A stretch of DNA of 64,000 nt, taken from the NCBI GenBank assembly GCA_002763895.1, contig NSLH01000005.1, positions 19,390 to 83,389 of the forward strand, read 5' to 3'. Positions 40,206-50,119 of this stretch are shown here, one piece after another. Source of the stretch: [Chlorobium] sp. 445. Lineage in GTDB: Bacteria; Bacteroidota; Chlorobiia; Chlorobiales; Thermochlorobacteraceae. Position 1 is the first letter of the stretch. The number at the start of each line of letters is the position of its first letter. A program made the translations under genes and the position numbers. Under the pieces are notes generated by a model. It did no database searches. It was not told the origin of the DNA and worked only from the letters and a program-made list of their open reading frames with translations.

Positions 40206-40874
40206 TCAAAGTGTGAATGTATAAAAGAAATTCAATAGAATAACGTGCTCCACACGCACCGGCAATGGTGCTATGCGGTTGATCACGCGATTTTGATACA
40301 GCACATCGACGATAATGCCCGGCTGCCGATAGCGCAGACCTGTCTGAAACCGATTTTGATTCCACGCAGGGGCTTCGAGTGTAAAGAACCATTCATTGTT
40401 GATGAGCCATGAGTAATTTCCACCTAGTGGAATGGCTACTTCAGGGCGAAGACGAAATCGCCATGAGCGAATCACTTCAAAAAAGACATCTTGTGGGGAG
40501 TGCCACGCAAGACTTTCCGCACGCACGCGCAATACTGCAGGGACTTCACCTATCTTAAAATCATGCCATACTTGAAATGAGAAAATATCCAGCACGCGGT
40601 TGTTGATCGGCGTAAGAAAAATGTAGCCTGCACCGACGGCTGTCGATGGCACAACACGGTAGAGTCCATAGAGCAAAAATACGACCGTCTGAAATTGCGA
40701 GAGATTTTTAATCATTCGGTTCTGCACGAAAAACTGTACAGACCAAGGACTTTCTCCAATTCGTGCAGTTACCATTGCACTTGACCAATTGACAAGGTCG
40801 TGCTCGACAGTCTGCGCACGTGCTGGTAGAGGAAGCCCAAAAAAAGAAAGTGCGAGAATAAGGTAGCGTCGCAT
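40206..40874 (-). CDS. Hypothetical outer-membrane beta-barrel-like protein (DUF2490-like, tentative)
   Basis: Signal peptide MRRYLILALSFFGLPLPARAQ, alternating aromatic/hydrophilic strands and a C-terminal ...FFYTFTL. Confidence 0.45.
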   Translation of the reverse strand: MRRYLILALSFFGLPLPARAQTVEHDLVNWSSAMVTARIGESPWSVQFFVQNRMIKNLSQFQTVVFLLYGLYRVVPSTAVGAGYIFLTPINNRVLDIFSFQVWHDFKIGEVPAVLRVRAESLAWHSPQDVFFEVIRSWRFRLRPEVAIPLGGNYSWLINNEWFFTLEAPAWNQNRFQTGLRYRQPGIIVDVLYQNRVINRIAPLPVRVEHVILLNFFYTFTL

Positions 40875-40956
40875 AGCGCAATGACTTTAGCCTGAATAAT
40901 GTTGAGTTTTCTAACTTCAAATTGTGTAGGTTAGGCAGAAACTTCAAATCCAGAAG

Positions 40957-41589
40957 ATGAGCCTTTCAACACGACTCACCTTGCTAGCTGCTGCGCTTGG
41001 CTTTGCGGCAATTGCTATAGCGGTTGCCGTGTATGTTATCTTTGTTAAAGCGCCAACTGACCTTGCAGAAAATGCTGCAGAAGGATTTAGACGCACATTT
41101 CACTTTACACCTGAGGTGCGCATCAACGAAACCGTTGTAGTGCAACAATCTTCGCCAATTTTAGAGCTGGCAACGCTCTCGCGACAACTGCTTGTAGAAG
41201 ACACCTACACACACACATTTTTAGGGAGCACGAAAACTCTGGTGGTGCGTGGTGTCTTCGTTGCTAAAGCTGGTTACAACTTGCAGCAGAAATTTTTGCT
41301 GACCGTTAGAACCAATCCGACAAAAATTATTGCCGAGTTGCCTGAACCAGAGTTACTTTCACTTGAGATGACACGCTATGAAATTGTGCGTGATGAAAGT
41401 GGCTGGTGGAACTTCATCACACGAGAAGAGCGCGAGGCTGCAGTAAGTCGCTTGCAAGAACACGCACGCCGACAAGCCTTGTTCTCCGGTTTGCTCAGAG
41501 AAGCCGACACAGCGATGCGCCAGCAACTTCAAACCTTGCTTGGTCAGACCAGCGTCCCTGTGGAGGTTGTCATCAAACAGCGCGACTAG
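40957..41589 (+). CDS. Hypothetical membrane-anchored protein (DUF4230-like, tentative)
   Basis: N-terminal TM LTLLAAALGFAAIAIAVAVYVIF followed by a ~180-aa soluble domain. No catalytic motif. Confidence 0.45.
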   Translation: MSLSTRLTLLAAALGFAAIAIAVAVYVIFVKAPTDLAENAAEGFRRTFHFTPEVRINETVVVQQSSPILELATLSRQLLVEDTYTHTFLGSTKTLVVRGVFVAKAGYNLQQKFLLTVRTNPTKIIAELPEPELLSLEMTRYEIVRDESGWWNFITREEREAAVSRLQEHARRQALFSGLLREADTAMRQQLQTLLGQTSVPVEVVIKQRD

Positions 41590-41638
41590 CAAATTGCTAT
41601 GCCTAAGGTATCGCGTGGCATCAACTTTCTTTTTGCGC

Positions 41639-42775
41639 TCACATAAACTCTTCGAGCTGGCGACGTTTCAGAGCATCAACAACCGTTTTCACTTCTTGCG
41701 AACGACCGCGTTTGCAAATGAGCAGTGCATCTTTGGTATCAATCACAAACACATCATCAATGCCGACCACTGCAATGCTTTTACCTTTGGGGCGAATTGC
41801 AAGCACATTCTGCGCTTCATTGAGCACAATCGAGTCATCTATAATATGCTCGTGGGAGAGATAGCGGAAAATCTCGTCCCAGCTACCAGCATCTGACCAG
41901 CCAAAATCTCCTTCCAGCACATAGACCGATTGTGCTTTTTCCATGATGCCATAATCAATCGAAATTGGATGTACCCAGCTATAGAAATTTTCAATTGTTT
42001 TGCGTTCTTTACGCGTCCCGATGGCTTGCATAATCGCTTGCATATCCAAATAGAGCTGCGGCAAGCATCGCTCAAATTCTTTGAGAATGCTATTGATGTG
42101 CCAGACAAAGACACCGCTATTCCATAGAAAGTCGCCGCTTGCTAGAAAGCCCTTTGCGGTTTCAAGGTCGGGTTTTTCTGCAAAGGTTTTGACTTTATGC
42201 GCGCTAATACCGAAGCGCACTTTGATGGAGGTAGTCAGGTCAGTATGCTCTTGATTAGCTTGAATGTAGCCATAGCCTGTTTCTGGTCGGTCGGGTTTGA
42301 TGCCAATTGTTACGAGCGCATCGGTCTTTGCTGCGATTTCAACCGCCGCACGCAAGGTTTGCTGAAAGAGTTTCACATCGGAAATCAGGTGGTCGGCAGG
42401 CAAGACACAGACAATTGCATCAGGGTCGCGTTTCTTAATGTAAGCTGATGCCAGTGCAATACATGGCGCTGTGTTACGACCTATCGGTTCGACAATGATG
42501 TTGCGCGTTGGAATATGTGGCAGTTGTTTTTTAGCTAAAGTTTTGCCTGCTTTGTTAGTGATAATGAGAGTGTTTTCGGTCTTCACGATGCCCTGCAGTC
42601 GCGCAACCGTTTTTGCAATCATCGTGCCATCGCCGAAAAAATCTAAAAACTGTTTTGGCATCTTCTTGCGCGAAAGCGGCCACAACCGTGAGCCCACACC
42701 GCCCGCCATAATGATGGCATAAATGTGTTCGTTTTGGGATAGGGTATGCGGAACTGAATTCTGACCTATCATCAT
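41639..42775 (-). CDS. manC: Mannose-1-phosphate guanylyltransferase
   Basis: AIIMAGGVGSRLWPLSRKKMPKQF nucleotidyltransferase motif and typical length. Confidence 0.85.
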   Translation of the reverse strand: MMIGQNSVPHTLSQNEHIYAIIMAGGVGSRLWPLSRKKMPKQFLDFFGDGTMIAKTVARLQGIVKTENTLIITNKAGKTLAKKQLPHIPTRNIIVEPIGRNTAPCIALASAYIKKRDPDAIVCVLPADHLISDVKLFQQTLRAAVEIAAKTDALVTIGIKPDRPETGYGYIQANQEHTDLTTSIKVRFGISAHKVKTFAEKPDLETAKGFLASGDFLWNSGVFVWHINSILKEFERCLPQLYLDMQAIMQAIGTRKERKTIENFYSWVHPISIDYGIMEKAQSVYVLEGDFGWSDAGSWDEIFRYLSHEHIIDDSIVLNEAQNVLAIRPKGKSIAVVGIDDVFVIDTKDALLICKRGRSQEVKTVVDALKRRQLEEFM

Positions 42776-42854
42776 GCTGCTTGGTTTTATTGCGCTGACA
42801 AATCAAGTTAAGTATCTTAGCATAATTTCTCAATGGCAAAATCTGCGCTAGCCC

Positions 42855-43504
42855 TTGACCCGAGCTGAACTTGAGCGTATCGTAACGCAGCTATCTGGCA
42901 CGCTCCCTCTTTCGCACATGCAGCAAGAGCAGCTTTGGCGATATGCTGAACTTTTACTGGCGTGGAATAAAAAGGTGAATCTTATCAGTCGGAAAGACGA
43001 ATCTGGTGTGCTTTCTAAACATATTCTTCATTCGCTTTCGATTACATTTTTTCATCAATTCAAGAAAGGTGAGCGTGTCTTGGATTTGGGCACGGGTGGT
43101 GGCTTGCCCGGCATTCCACTTGCGATTGCCTTTCCTGATACACTCTTTTTGCTCATTGATGCTATTGGCAAAAAATCACAGCCTGCCAAGATATGATTGT
43201 TCAACTTGGACTGAAGAACGTGGTGGCGCAAAAGAAACGCAGCGATGAGCTCAAAGGCGTGAAGTTCGATGCTATTGTTAGCCGTCAAGTTGCCACTATG
43301 CTCGAGCTTTGCAAGTGGTCTGAGCCCTTGCTCAAAAAAGGCGGTAAGCTCATCTGCCTTAAAGGCGGTGATTTGGAGACGGAGATAGGCGAGGCACTCA
43401 TCTACGGTGCAGAGCATCTGTCGTTTCCCGAGCGCATTGCGCAACATCCGATTGATTTTTTGGGCGAAAAATTTTCTGAAAAAGTTGTTGTCATTGCCGA
43501 ATAA
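42855..43504 (+). CDS. rsmG: 16S rRNA (guanine527-N7)-methyltransferase RsmG, split by a 1-nt frame change
   Basis: ORF 42855-43196 carries WNKKVNLIS and the SAM motif VLDLGTGGGLPGIPLAI. ORF 43193-43504 carries the remainder. The frames join at the A6 run 43170-43175. Confidence 0.85.
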
Positions 43505-43510
43505 TCCATC

Positions 43511-44434
43511 ATGTCATCACCCAGTCGTCTTTTCAAAGAACTCTCTAAATTGCTCACAGAGCAGCAAAATCCAAATACACTTCACATTGATGAATGCTCT
43601 GCTTTGGAGATTGCACAGCTCATCAATGAGGAAGACAAAAAAGTGCCGCTGGCTGTCGAGCGCTGTTTGCCTGAGATTGCTGCAGCAATTGAACTTGTTG
43701 CGACTACCTTTCGTCATGGCGGTCGGCTTATTTACATCGGCGCTGGCACCTCAGGACGTTTAGGCATTTTAGATGCTTCAGAGTGTCCGCCTACTTTTGG
43801 CGTTAAGCCCAGCCAAGTGCAGGCTATTATTGCGGGCGGACGTCGTGCCGTATTTCGAAGTGTAGAAGGCGCCGAAGATGATATGGATGCTGCTATAGAG
43901 GCGCTTAAAGCCATCAATTTCTCTAAACACGATGTGCTATGCGGCATCAGTGCCAGTAAGCGCACGCCGTTTGTCATTGCTGCTCTGCGCTATGCGCGCT
44001 CGCTGCGTGCTAAGACTATCTTCCTTACTTCGAATCCTGATGTCAAAGAAAAAGCGACTGTGGTGATTCGCACGCTGGTGGGACCCGAAGTTATCATGGG
44101 CTCGACGCGCATGAAAGCTGGCACGTCGCACAAAATGGTTTTGAATATGATTTCGACCGGGGCGATGATTCTTTCAGGAAAAACCTTTGGGAATTTGATG
44201 GTGGATTTGCAGCAAACCAATAACAAACTGCGTGAGCGCACCAAGCGTATTTTCATGCTGGCAACAGGTGAAGATTACCCAACGGCAGAACACTACTTGC
44301 GCGCTGCTAAAGGGAACTTGAAACTTGCTCTGATGATGAAACTCTCTGGACTCAACTATGCTGAGGCTAAAGCTGCCTTAGAGGCAGCCGATGGTTTTAT
44401 CAAACGTGCGCTGCGTCATGTTGGTAAATTGTGA
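43511..44434 (+). CDS. murQ: N-acetylmuramic acid 6-phosphate etherase
   Basis: SIS domain with YIGAGTSGRLGILDASECPPTFG and GSTRMKAGTSHKMVLNMIST. Confidence 0.88.
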   Translation: MSSPSRLFKELSKLLTEQQNPNTLHIDECSALEIAQLINEEDKKVPLAVERCLPEIAAAIELVATTFRHGGRLIYIGAGTSGRLGILDASECPPTFGVKPSQVQAIIAGGRRAVFRSVEGAEDDMDAAIEALKAINFSKHDVLCGISASKRTPFVIAALRYARSLRAKTIFLTSNPDVKEKATVVIRTLVGPEVIMGSTRMKAGTSHKMVLNMISTGAMILSGKTFGNLMVDLQQTNNKLRERTKRIFMLATGEDYPTAEHYLRAAKGNLKLALMMKLSGLNYAEAKAALEAADGFIKRALRHVGKL

Positions 44435-44479
44435 AACTCTGCGTGTTGTCGCATCTTTGCAAGATGATAGCAGTCACTT

Positions 44480-44893
44480 TTGAGGAAAGAGCCTGTGAAA
44501 ACAGAACTGTGTTTGAAATTTGAGTTTTGTGCCTCGCATTCACTTTCTGTGCGTGAAGAGCCGCACGAGCATCTCTGGCGCGTCAGCGTCAGTCTTTCTG
44601 GCGAGATACAGCACGGCATGATTGTCAATTTGCCTGATGTGCGTCAGGCGTTTGAAGCCGTGCTTGCACCGCTGCGCCATTCATTTCTCAACGAAAATCC
44701 GATTTTGCCCTCTGATGCACAAGCCACACCGACCTGCGAGACGCTCAGTGCCTTTCTTTTCAATGCTTTTGATGAATGCTTGACCAAAGCGTTCAAACCT
44801 CAGAATCCGACAGTGCAACTTGGCTCGGTCGAGGTCGCTATTTGTGAGCCGACAGGCTTTGAGTGGGGCTCGGTTAAACGCACGCGCGCATAG
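44480..44893 (+). CDS. 6-pyruvoyl-tetrahydropterin synthase / QueD-family protein
   Basis: KFEFCASHSL...PHEHLWRVSVSLSGEI...GMIVNLPDV fits the PTPS fold. The CxxxHGH Cys of canonical QueD is not seen. TTG start, or GTG at 44495. Confidence 0.55.
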   Translation: MRKEPVKTELCLKFEFCASHSLSVREEPHEHLWRVSVSLSGEIQHGMIVNLPDVRQAFEAVLAPLRHSFLNENPILPSDAQATPTCETLSAFLFNAFDECLTKAFKPQNPTVQLGSVEVAICEPTGFEWGSVKRTRA

Positions 44894-45036
44894 CCAACTG
44901 CCAGAGGGTTCTTCTTACTAAGCACAGGCAGAATACACAGGTACATTTTTTCTAAACTACGACAACGCACAGGCCTGCTGTCGCTCATCGTGCTTGGCGA
45001 TAGCAGAGTTGCTCTTTAGGTGTTCGCCTTTCAGGT

Positions 45037-46293
45037 TTAGTCCATAATTTTCCGCAGAAAAGCAGGTGTATCCGAGTTTGTTTTTCGGATGCGGTCTTGC
45101 TCTGGCGTCAGATTAGGCTTTTCAGGGTGCGACTCTGCCTCATTGGACTTAGCATTTTCAAGCGGCTCAGGTGAAGTCATGCCCAAACGAATGAAGGTAG
45201 GTGTATCATCGCGCTTTTCTGGCCTTTCATACATTTCGGTATTCATTCGGCTGAGTTTGCTTTCGACATTAGGATTGACAGACTTCGCTAAATCTTCTCG
45301 GCGCACGACGCGCAGTTGCTCAGCGGCGGTTGAAGGTTTTTTCTTGTTGAACCCGGTTGCAATTACTGTGACGTTGATTTCACCGGGCACGGCGTCATCT
45401 TCAACAATGCCATGAATGATCGTGGCATCACTGCCAGCTTGCTCGTAGATGTAGTTCATGGCTTCTTGCGCATCGCGGATTTTGATATCGCCTGTCAGAT
45501 TGACCAGCACACGCGATGAGCCCTTGATAGAAACACCATCGAGCAATGGGCTTGAGATAGCTTCCATTGCGGCTTTGAGTGCACGATTCTCACCTGAGGC
45601 AGTTGCAGAGCCCATCACAGCATCGCCTGCATCCGACATAATATTGCGCACATCCGCAAAGTCGACATTGACATGACCATGCTTGGTAATGATTTCTGAA
45701 ATGCCTTTTGCTGCACGGTAGAGCACATCGTTAGCCAGATTGTAGGCTTCTTTGATGCCTAAATCGCCATTGGCAAAACTTAGAATCTTTTCATTTTGTA
45801 CGACAATGAGCGTATCGACTTGTTTGCGCAGTTCTTCAATACCGCGTTCTGCGGTTTCCATTGTGCGTCTGCCTTCGTATTCAAACGGTTTTGTTACGAT
45901 GCCAATGGTCAGGATGCCCAAATTCTTTGCAATCCCTGCGATGACAGGCGCTGCACCTGTGCCTGTGCCTTTGCCCATTCCTGCGGTAATGAACAGCATA
46001 TCGGTGCCGCGCAGAAGCTCGGAAATCTGCTCTCGGTCTTCTTCAGCGGCTTTCTTACCAATTTCCGGATTGAACCCTGCACCAAGTCCTTTGGTCGTCG
46101 CTTTACCAATCTGAAAGCGCTGTGCTAAAGAATTGTTCAGGGCTTGCTGGTCTGTATTGAATGTGATAAACTCGACGCCAGTGATGCCGCGCTCAATCAT
46201 ATTATTGACCGCATTACCACCGCAGCCGCCAATGCCAACAATTTTGATGCTTGCCCCAACCAGTGATTGAGACCTATCGAACTCAAATGGCAT
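45037..46293 (-). CDS. ftsZ: Cell division GTPase FtsZ
   Basis: GIGGCGGNAVN, the tubulin signature GMGKGTGTGAAP and the conserved C-terminal peptide DTPAFLRK. Confidence 0.97.
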   Translation of the reverse strand: MPFEFDRSQSLVGASIKIVGIGGCGGNAVNNMIERGITGVEFITFNTDQQALNNSLAQRFQIGKATTKGLGAGFNPEIGKKAAEEDREQISELLRGTDMLFITAGMGKGTGTGAAPVIAGIAKNLGILTIGIVTKPFEYEGRRTMETAERGIEELRKQVDTLIVVQNEKILSFANGDLGIKEAYNLANDVLYRAAKGISEIITKHGHVNVDFADVRNIMSDAGDAVMGSATASGENRALKAAMEAISSPLLDGVSIKGSSRVLVNLTGDIKIRDAQEAMNYIYEQAGSDATIIHGIVEDDAVPGEINVTVIATGFNKKKPSTAAEQLRVVRREDLAKSVNPNVESKLSRMNTEMYERPEKRDDTPTFIRLGMTSPEPLENAKSNEAESHPEKPNLTPEQDRIRKTNSDTPAFLRKIMD

Positions 46294-46410
46294 AATTTCC
46301 CTCCTTTATCCGTCTATTGACTGTCAAGTTGCTGCTCTTGCGCAAGTTGCGCATCGGGCACCGTTGAAATGTAGATTTCTATCAATTCTCTTGTTGAAAG
46401 CATAAGCATT

Positions 46411-47712
46411 TTAGATTTGGTCGAACCAATTTCTCAGTTTTCCAAACAGATTCAGGCGATTTTCCTTTTCAGGCTCGCCTTCAGTCACAGGCTCGTTTAG
46501 CGGCGTCTCCTCTTTCGGTGGCGCTTGCTGCATGGATGCCGTAAATTGCTCTTGCTGCTCAAGGTCCTTGATAGCACGTAAGACTAACCCGACAGCGGTC
46601 GCATAAATCGGTGAATGCAGTTCTCCTACCATGCCGCCTGTGATGCCTTCGGGCTGACCAATTCGGACATCGAGTCCTAACACTTCTTGCGCCAATGCTT
46701 GATTGCCATTGATTAAGCTGCCGCCACCCGTGATGATAGCGCCTGCGTTGAGATAGTTGTAATAGCCAGAGCGTTTGAGAGCTGCACGCACATACTCAAA
46801 AATTTCGGTCATGCGCGCCTCAATGATGTTCGTAAGTGTGCTGCGCATAAAGGTCTTTGGCGCACGTCCCTCAATACCCTGCACCAAAATTTCTTCATCT
46901 TTGATAAGATCACGTGAATAGGCGCAGCCGTGGCGAATCTTTAAGTCTTCAGCAACTTCATGCAGCGTTTTGAGCCCAATCGCTACATCATTTGTGACAT
47001 CAATCGCTGCCCACTTAATGACCTCGGAATGTCGAATCACACCTTTGGTGTAAATCGCTACATCGGTAGTGCCGCCGCCAATATCAATGATTGCGACGCC
47101 CGACTTGCGCTCGGAATCTTTCATGACCGCCATGCCTGAGGCAATCGGCTCAAAGGTCATTCCGTTAATCGTTAAGCCTGCTTTTTCCACGCACTGCTGA
47201 ATGTTTCGCACTTTGGTCTTCATGCCTAAGACCACATAGACCGACCCTTTCATCGTTGTGCCAATAATGCCAATCGGGTCTAAGACACCTTCTTGGTCAT
47301 CGACAATAAATTCTTGCGGAATTGCATGAATGATTTCTCGCTCTACATCCAGATGTTTCAAATTTGCTTTAGCTTTTTCGACAAAGCGCATCACGTCGCT
47401 GTAATTGACAATGCCACTTTGGTTGATACTCACTTCTGCATGAGACCTAATGCACTGCACATGCTCACCAGAAATGCCAACATTGACACCTTTGATACGA
47501 ATCGAGGATGTATGCTCAGCTTCTTTTACAGCCTGACGAATCGCATCAACGGTTTTGTTGATATTGACCACGGCAGCGCGAGACAGCCCTTCTGAATGCG
47601 CTCGCCCAACGCCTAACACATTGATTTTGCCAAATTCATCTTTTTGGGCAACTACGGCGCACACCTTTGTGGTGCCGATGTCAAGCCCGACCACAATTTT
47701 TTCTTTTGCCAT
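46411..47712 (-). CDS. ftsA: Cell division protein FtsA
   Basis: Actin-fold motifs VGLDIGTTKVCAVV, IIDIGGGTTDVAIY and ITGGGSL. Confidence 0.95.
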   Translation of the reverse strand: MAKEKIVVGLDIGTTKVCAVVAQKDEFGKINVLGVGRAHSEGLSRAAVVNINKTVDAIRQAVKEAEHTSSIRIKGVNVGISGEHVQCIRSHAEVSINQSGIVNYSDVMRFVEKAKANLKHLDVEREIIHAIPQEFIVDDQEGVLDPIGIIGTTMKGSVYVVLGMKTKVRNIQQCVEKAGLTINGMTFEPIASGMAVMKDSERKSGVAIIDIGGGTTDVAIYTKGVIRHSEVIKWAAIDVTNDVAIGLKTLHEVAEDLKIRHGCAYSRDLIKDEEILVQGIEGRAPKTFMRSTLTNIIEARMTEIFEYVRAALKRSGYYNYLNAGAIITGGGSLINGNQALAQEVLGLDVRIGQPEGITGGMVGELHSPIYATAVGLVLRAIKDLEQQEQFTASMQQAPPKEETPLNEPVTEGEPEKENRLNLFGKLRNWFDQI

Positions 47713-47739
47713 CCTGTACCGTCCTTTTCTCGTTTGGCG

Positions 47740-48750
47740 TCATTGCCGCTTGTTTTCAAAATTGGGTTTCAAATTCTGGACAGATTTTGCAAACACACAT
47801 CGATCGTAGCGCAAATCCACGTACTCGAATTGCTGCACACCTTTTTTGACAATCACTTGTCTCCAAAATGCCTCGAAGGCACGCAGCTTGCGCTCGTACT
47901 CGCCATCACTGCCAAACACAAAGCGCGTGTCTGCCTCGTTTGAGAATGCAACAAGTTCTTTTGGTGTCAGGCGCACTTCTGCTATTAGTGTTCGGCAGAG
48001 TTCACGCCGCCGCAAGGCTGCAAGTAACTCCAGTGCACTTTTCGCCTCTGCCGAATCCAGCGCCAAAAAGCCCTGACGATTGTGATGCACTTTCTCAAAT
48101 CCCGATAGCCACGGCAAGCGCATTTTGCCTAAGAACTCTGGCTCTGCATCTGCTAAGACTCCATCTTCTCCGACCACTTTCAAACGCCCCCCAACTGCAG
48201 TGAAAGCCACAAACTGCCGCTCCTCAATTCTTAGGTGAATGGTGCTTGGAAATTCTTTTGTCGCTACCACTTTCTTTATCAGCGGCAGCGTGCAGAGCGT
48301 ATCTTCAATTTGGGCTAAATGCACCTCTCGCATGGTTTTGCCTAGCAAAAAGTTGATGCGCTCTGTTATCGCTTCCGTGCGCGCCAAATGATTACCCGTA
48401 ATGACAAACTCTTTGAGCGACACCTGCTGCGCCCACACACCTGCCAGTGCACCTAACACCACCAGTCCACTGACCACGCCCATCACGACAAGGGTTTTCG
48501 GTTGCTTTACCCCTTTTTCATTCTGCGCGCCTTTGAATGTGTGGCGTTCTTGGCTTAGCGCTGGTTGTGGCTCAATGCTACCATTCTCTTCTTCGTCAAT
48601 TTTGTGTGGCGCACTCACTTCTTCTTGCGGCTTTTCGTGCTGCACTTTCTCAGCATAGTTGCCTGCCGCAGTTGGCACATTTGCACTGACTTTTGGCTCA
48701 CGCTCAAACTCCACGAAGCCGTTATCAACTTTTTCTCTTTCTTCGCTCAT
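47740..48750 (-). CDS. ftsQ: Cell division protein FtsQ with a long N-terminal cytoplasmic extension
   Basis: Single TM LVVMGVVSGLVVLGALAGVW, then a POTRA-like segment LKEFVITGNHL...IHLRIEERQ. Position in the dcw cluster supports the call. Confidence 0.75.
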   Translation of the reverse strand: MSEEREKVDNGFVEFEREPKVSANVPTAAGNYAEKVQHEKPQEEVSAPHKIDEEENGSIEPQPALSQERHTFKGAQNEKGVKQPKTLVVMGVVSGLVVLGALAGVWAQQVSLKEFVITGNHLARTEAITERINFLLGKTMREVHLAQIEDTLCTLPLIKKVVATKEFPSTIHLRIEERQFVAFTAVGGRLKVVGEDGVLADAEPEFLGKMRLPWLSGFEKVHHNRQGFLALDSAEAKSALELLAALRRRELCRTLIAEVRLTPKELVAFSNEADTRFVFGSDGEYERKLRAFEAFWRQVIVKKGVQQFEYVDLRYDRCVFAKSVQNLKPNFENKRQ

Positions 48751-49691
48751 AGCATCACACCTTCTTTTTTCACTTCAAAGCCAATAAGTTTGATTTCAAG
48801 TTCAAGCCCAATGCCGAACTTGTCTTTGACGGCGCACTGTGCCAGACGAATCAGCGCAAGCACATCGCTGGCTTTTGCACCGCCGAGATTGACAATGAAG
48901 TTGGCATGCTTTTCTGAAATTTGTGCGTTGCCGTGTCTTGCACCTTTCAGACCGCAGGCTTCAATGAGTGCACCTGCATAACGTGGCTTACCTGTTTCAT
49001 CATGCGGCGGATTTTTGAAAATGCTACCTGCATTCGGCAAGTTGAGCGGCTGTGTAGCACGACGTTTGTCCATCCACTCCTTGCGACGCTGCATTGCTGC
49101 CTTTTGCTCGTGTGGTGTTAGTTTTTTTAGCCGCATCTCGGTTGCAAGAATCACATCGTTTTGCAAATCTGTGTCGCGATATGTGTAACGAATCTCAGAT
49201 TTATGCAGACGCATAATTTTTCCATCGCGCACAACTTCTACCCATTCAATCACTTCAAAAATTTCTTTACCATAGGCGCCAGCGTTCATTAAAATTGCGC
49301 CGCCAAGGCTACCCGGAATGCCTGAAAGATTTTCCAATCCGCCCAACCCTTGCTTCAGCGTTTGCATAGCCAGCGCGGGCAAATCGGCACCAGCTTCGGC
49401 ATAGACGCGCTCGCCTTCAATGACCACATGCTCCAAGTTTTCTCGCAATGAAATCACTGCACCGCGCACACCTTCATCACTAATGAGAATGTTGCTGCCG
49501 CGCCCTAAAATGATGTAAGGCATATTTGCTTGGTGAAAGAACGCTACTGCACTTACCACATCGTCTTTGTCGCACGGGCGCACGAAGAAGTCGGCGTTGC
49601 CTCCAATTTTGAAACTAGAGTATGACGCCAGATTTTCGTTGAGCACAATCTTGCCACGCACAGCTGCTCTTAAATCTTGCAGTTTGATCAT
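48747..49691 (-). CDS. murB: UDP-N-acetylenolpyruvoylglucosamine reductase
   Basis: FAD-binding FKIGGNADFF, ILGRGSNIL and the C-terminal GSIFKNP...GNAQISEKHANFIVN. Confidence 0.92.
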   Translation of the reverse strand: MIKLQDLRAAVRGKIVLNENLASYSSFKIGGNADFFVRPCDKDDVVSAVAFFHQANMPYIILGRGSNILISDEGVRGAVISLRENLEHVVIEGERVYAEAGADLPALAMQTLKQGLGGLENLSGIPGSLGGAILMNAGAYGKEIFEVIEWVEVVRDGKIMRLHKSEIRYTYRDTDLQNDVILATEMRLKKLTPHEQKAAMQRRKEWMDKRRATQPLNLPNAGSIFKNPPHDETGKPRYAGALIEACGLKGARHGNAQISEKHANFIVNLGGAKASDVLALIRLAQCAVKDKFGIGLELEIKLIGFEVKKEGVML

Positions 49692-50119
49692 TTCAGGCTC
49701 AGTGTTCGTGTTGCATAATCAATTGTCAGTTTGCGCCCTCTGAAAAATGGAAAGCCAAGAATCATTTCTACCTTTCGTTTCTGCGAGATACCGACCAAAT
49801 TGAACTGATTGTGAATCATGGACATATCCATCACCGCTACACGCAGGCGTTTTGCTACAGCTTCATCTAAGCGAATTTCATTTGCGCGCACAAATTCAAT
49901 TGAGATTGCACCACCAATGCCATGTGCGCTTTTCTCTTCATTTGGCACTTCAATGTGCGCAAACTCCATTTCCTTTGCCAGACTTTCTGTAATCACACAG
50001 CCCGTTGCCCCTGTATCAATGATTGCAGTTACCAGCCGAGAAGCAGTTTTGCCTACCAGTTCAGCTTTCACCAAAATGAGCGGCAGCGCTTTTGATGCCA
50101 ATTGAAATCGAATCGCCAT
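49688..50119 (-). CDS. Retropepsin-like (clan AA) aspartic protease domain protein inside the dcw operon
   Basis: 143 aa with AIIDTGATGCVI (D-T-G-A active-site motif) and the C-terminal ILGFPFFRGRKLTIDY pattern. No signal peptide. Start overlaps the murC stop (TAATG) and stop overlaps the murB start (ATGA). Confidence 0.65.
   Translation of the reverse strand: MAIRFQLASKALPLILVKAELVGKTASRLVTAIIDTGATGCVITESLAKEMEFAHIEVPNEEKSAHGIGGAISIEFVRANEIRLDEAVAKRLRVAVMDMSMIHNQFNLVGISQKRKVEMILGFPFFRGRKLTIDYATRTLSLK

Noticed and set aside
46340-46352. Palindrome GCGCAAGTTGCGC in the ftsA-ftsZ spacer and a strong AAGGAGG Shine-Dalgarno before ftsZ.
   Set aside because: The stem is only 6 bp with a 1-nt loop and has no U-tract. 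The ftsA-ftsZ spacers of many bacteria carry internal promoters or processing sites, so this is not distinctive enough.
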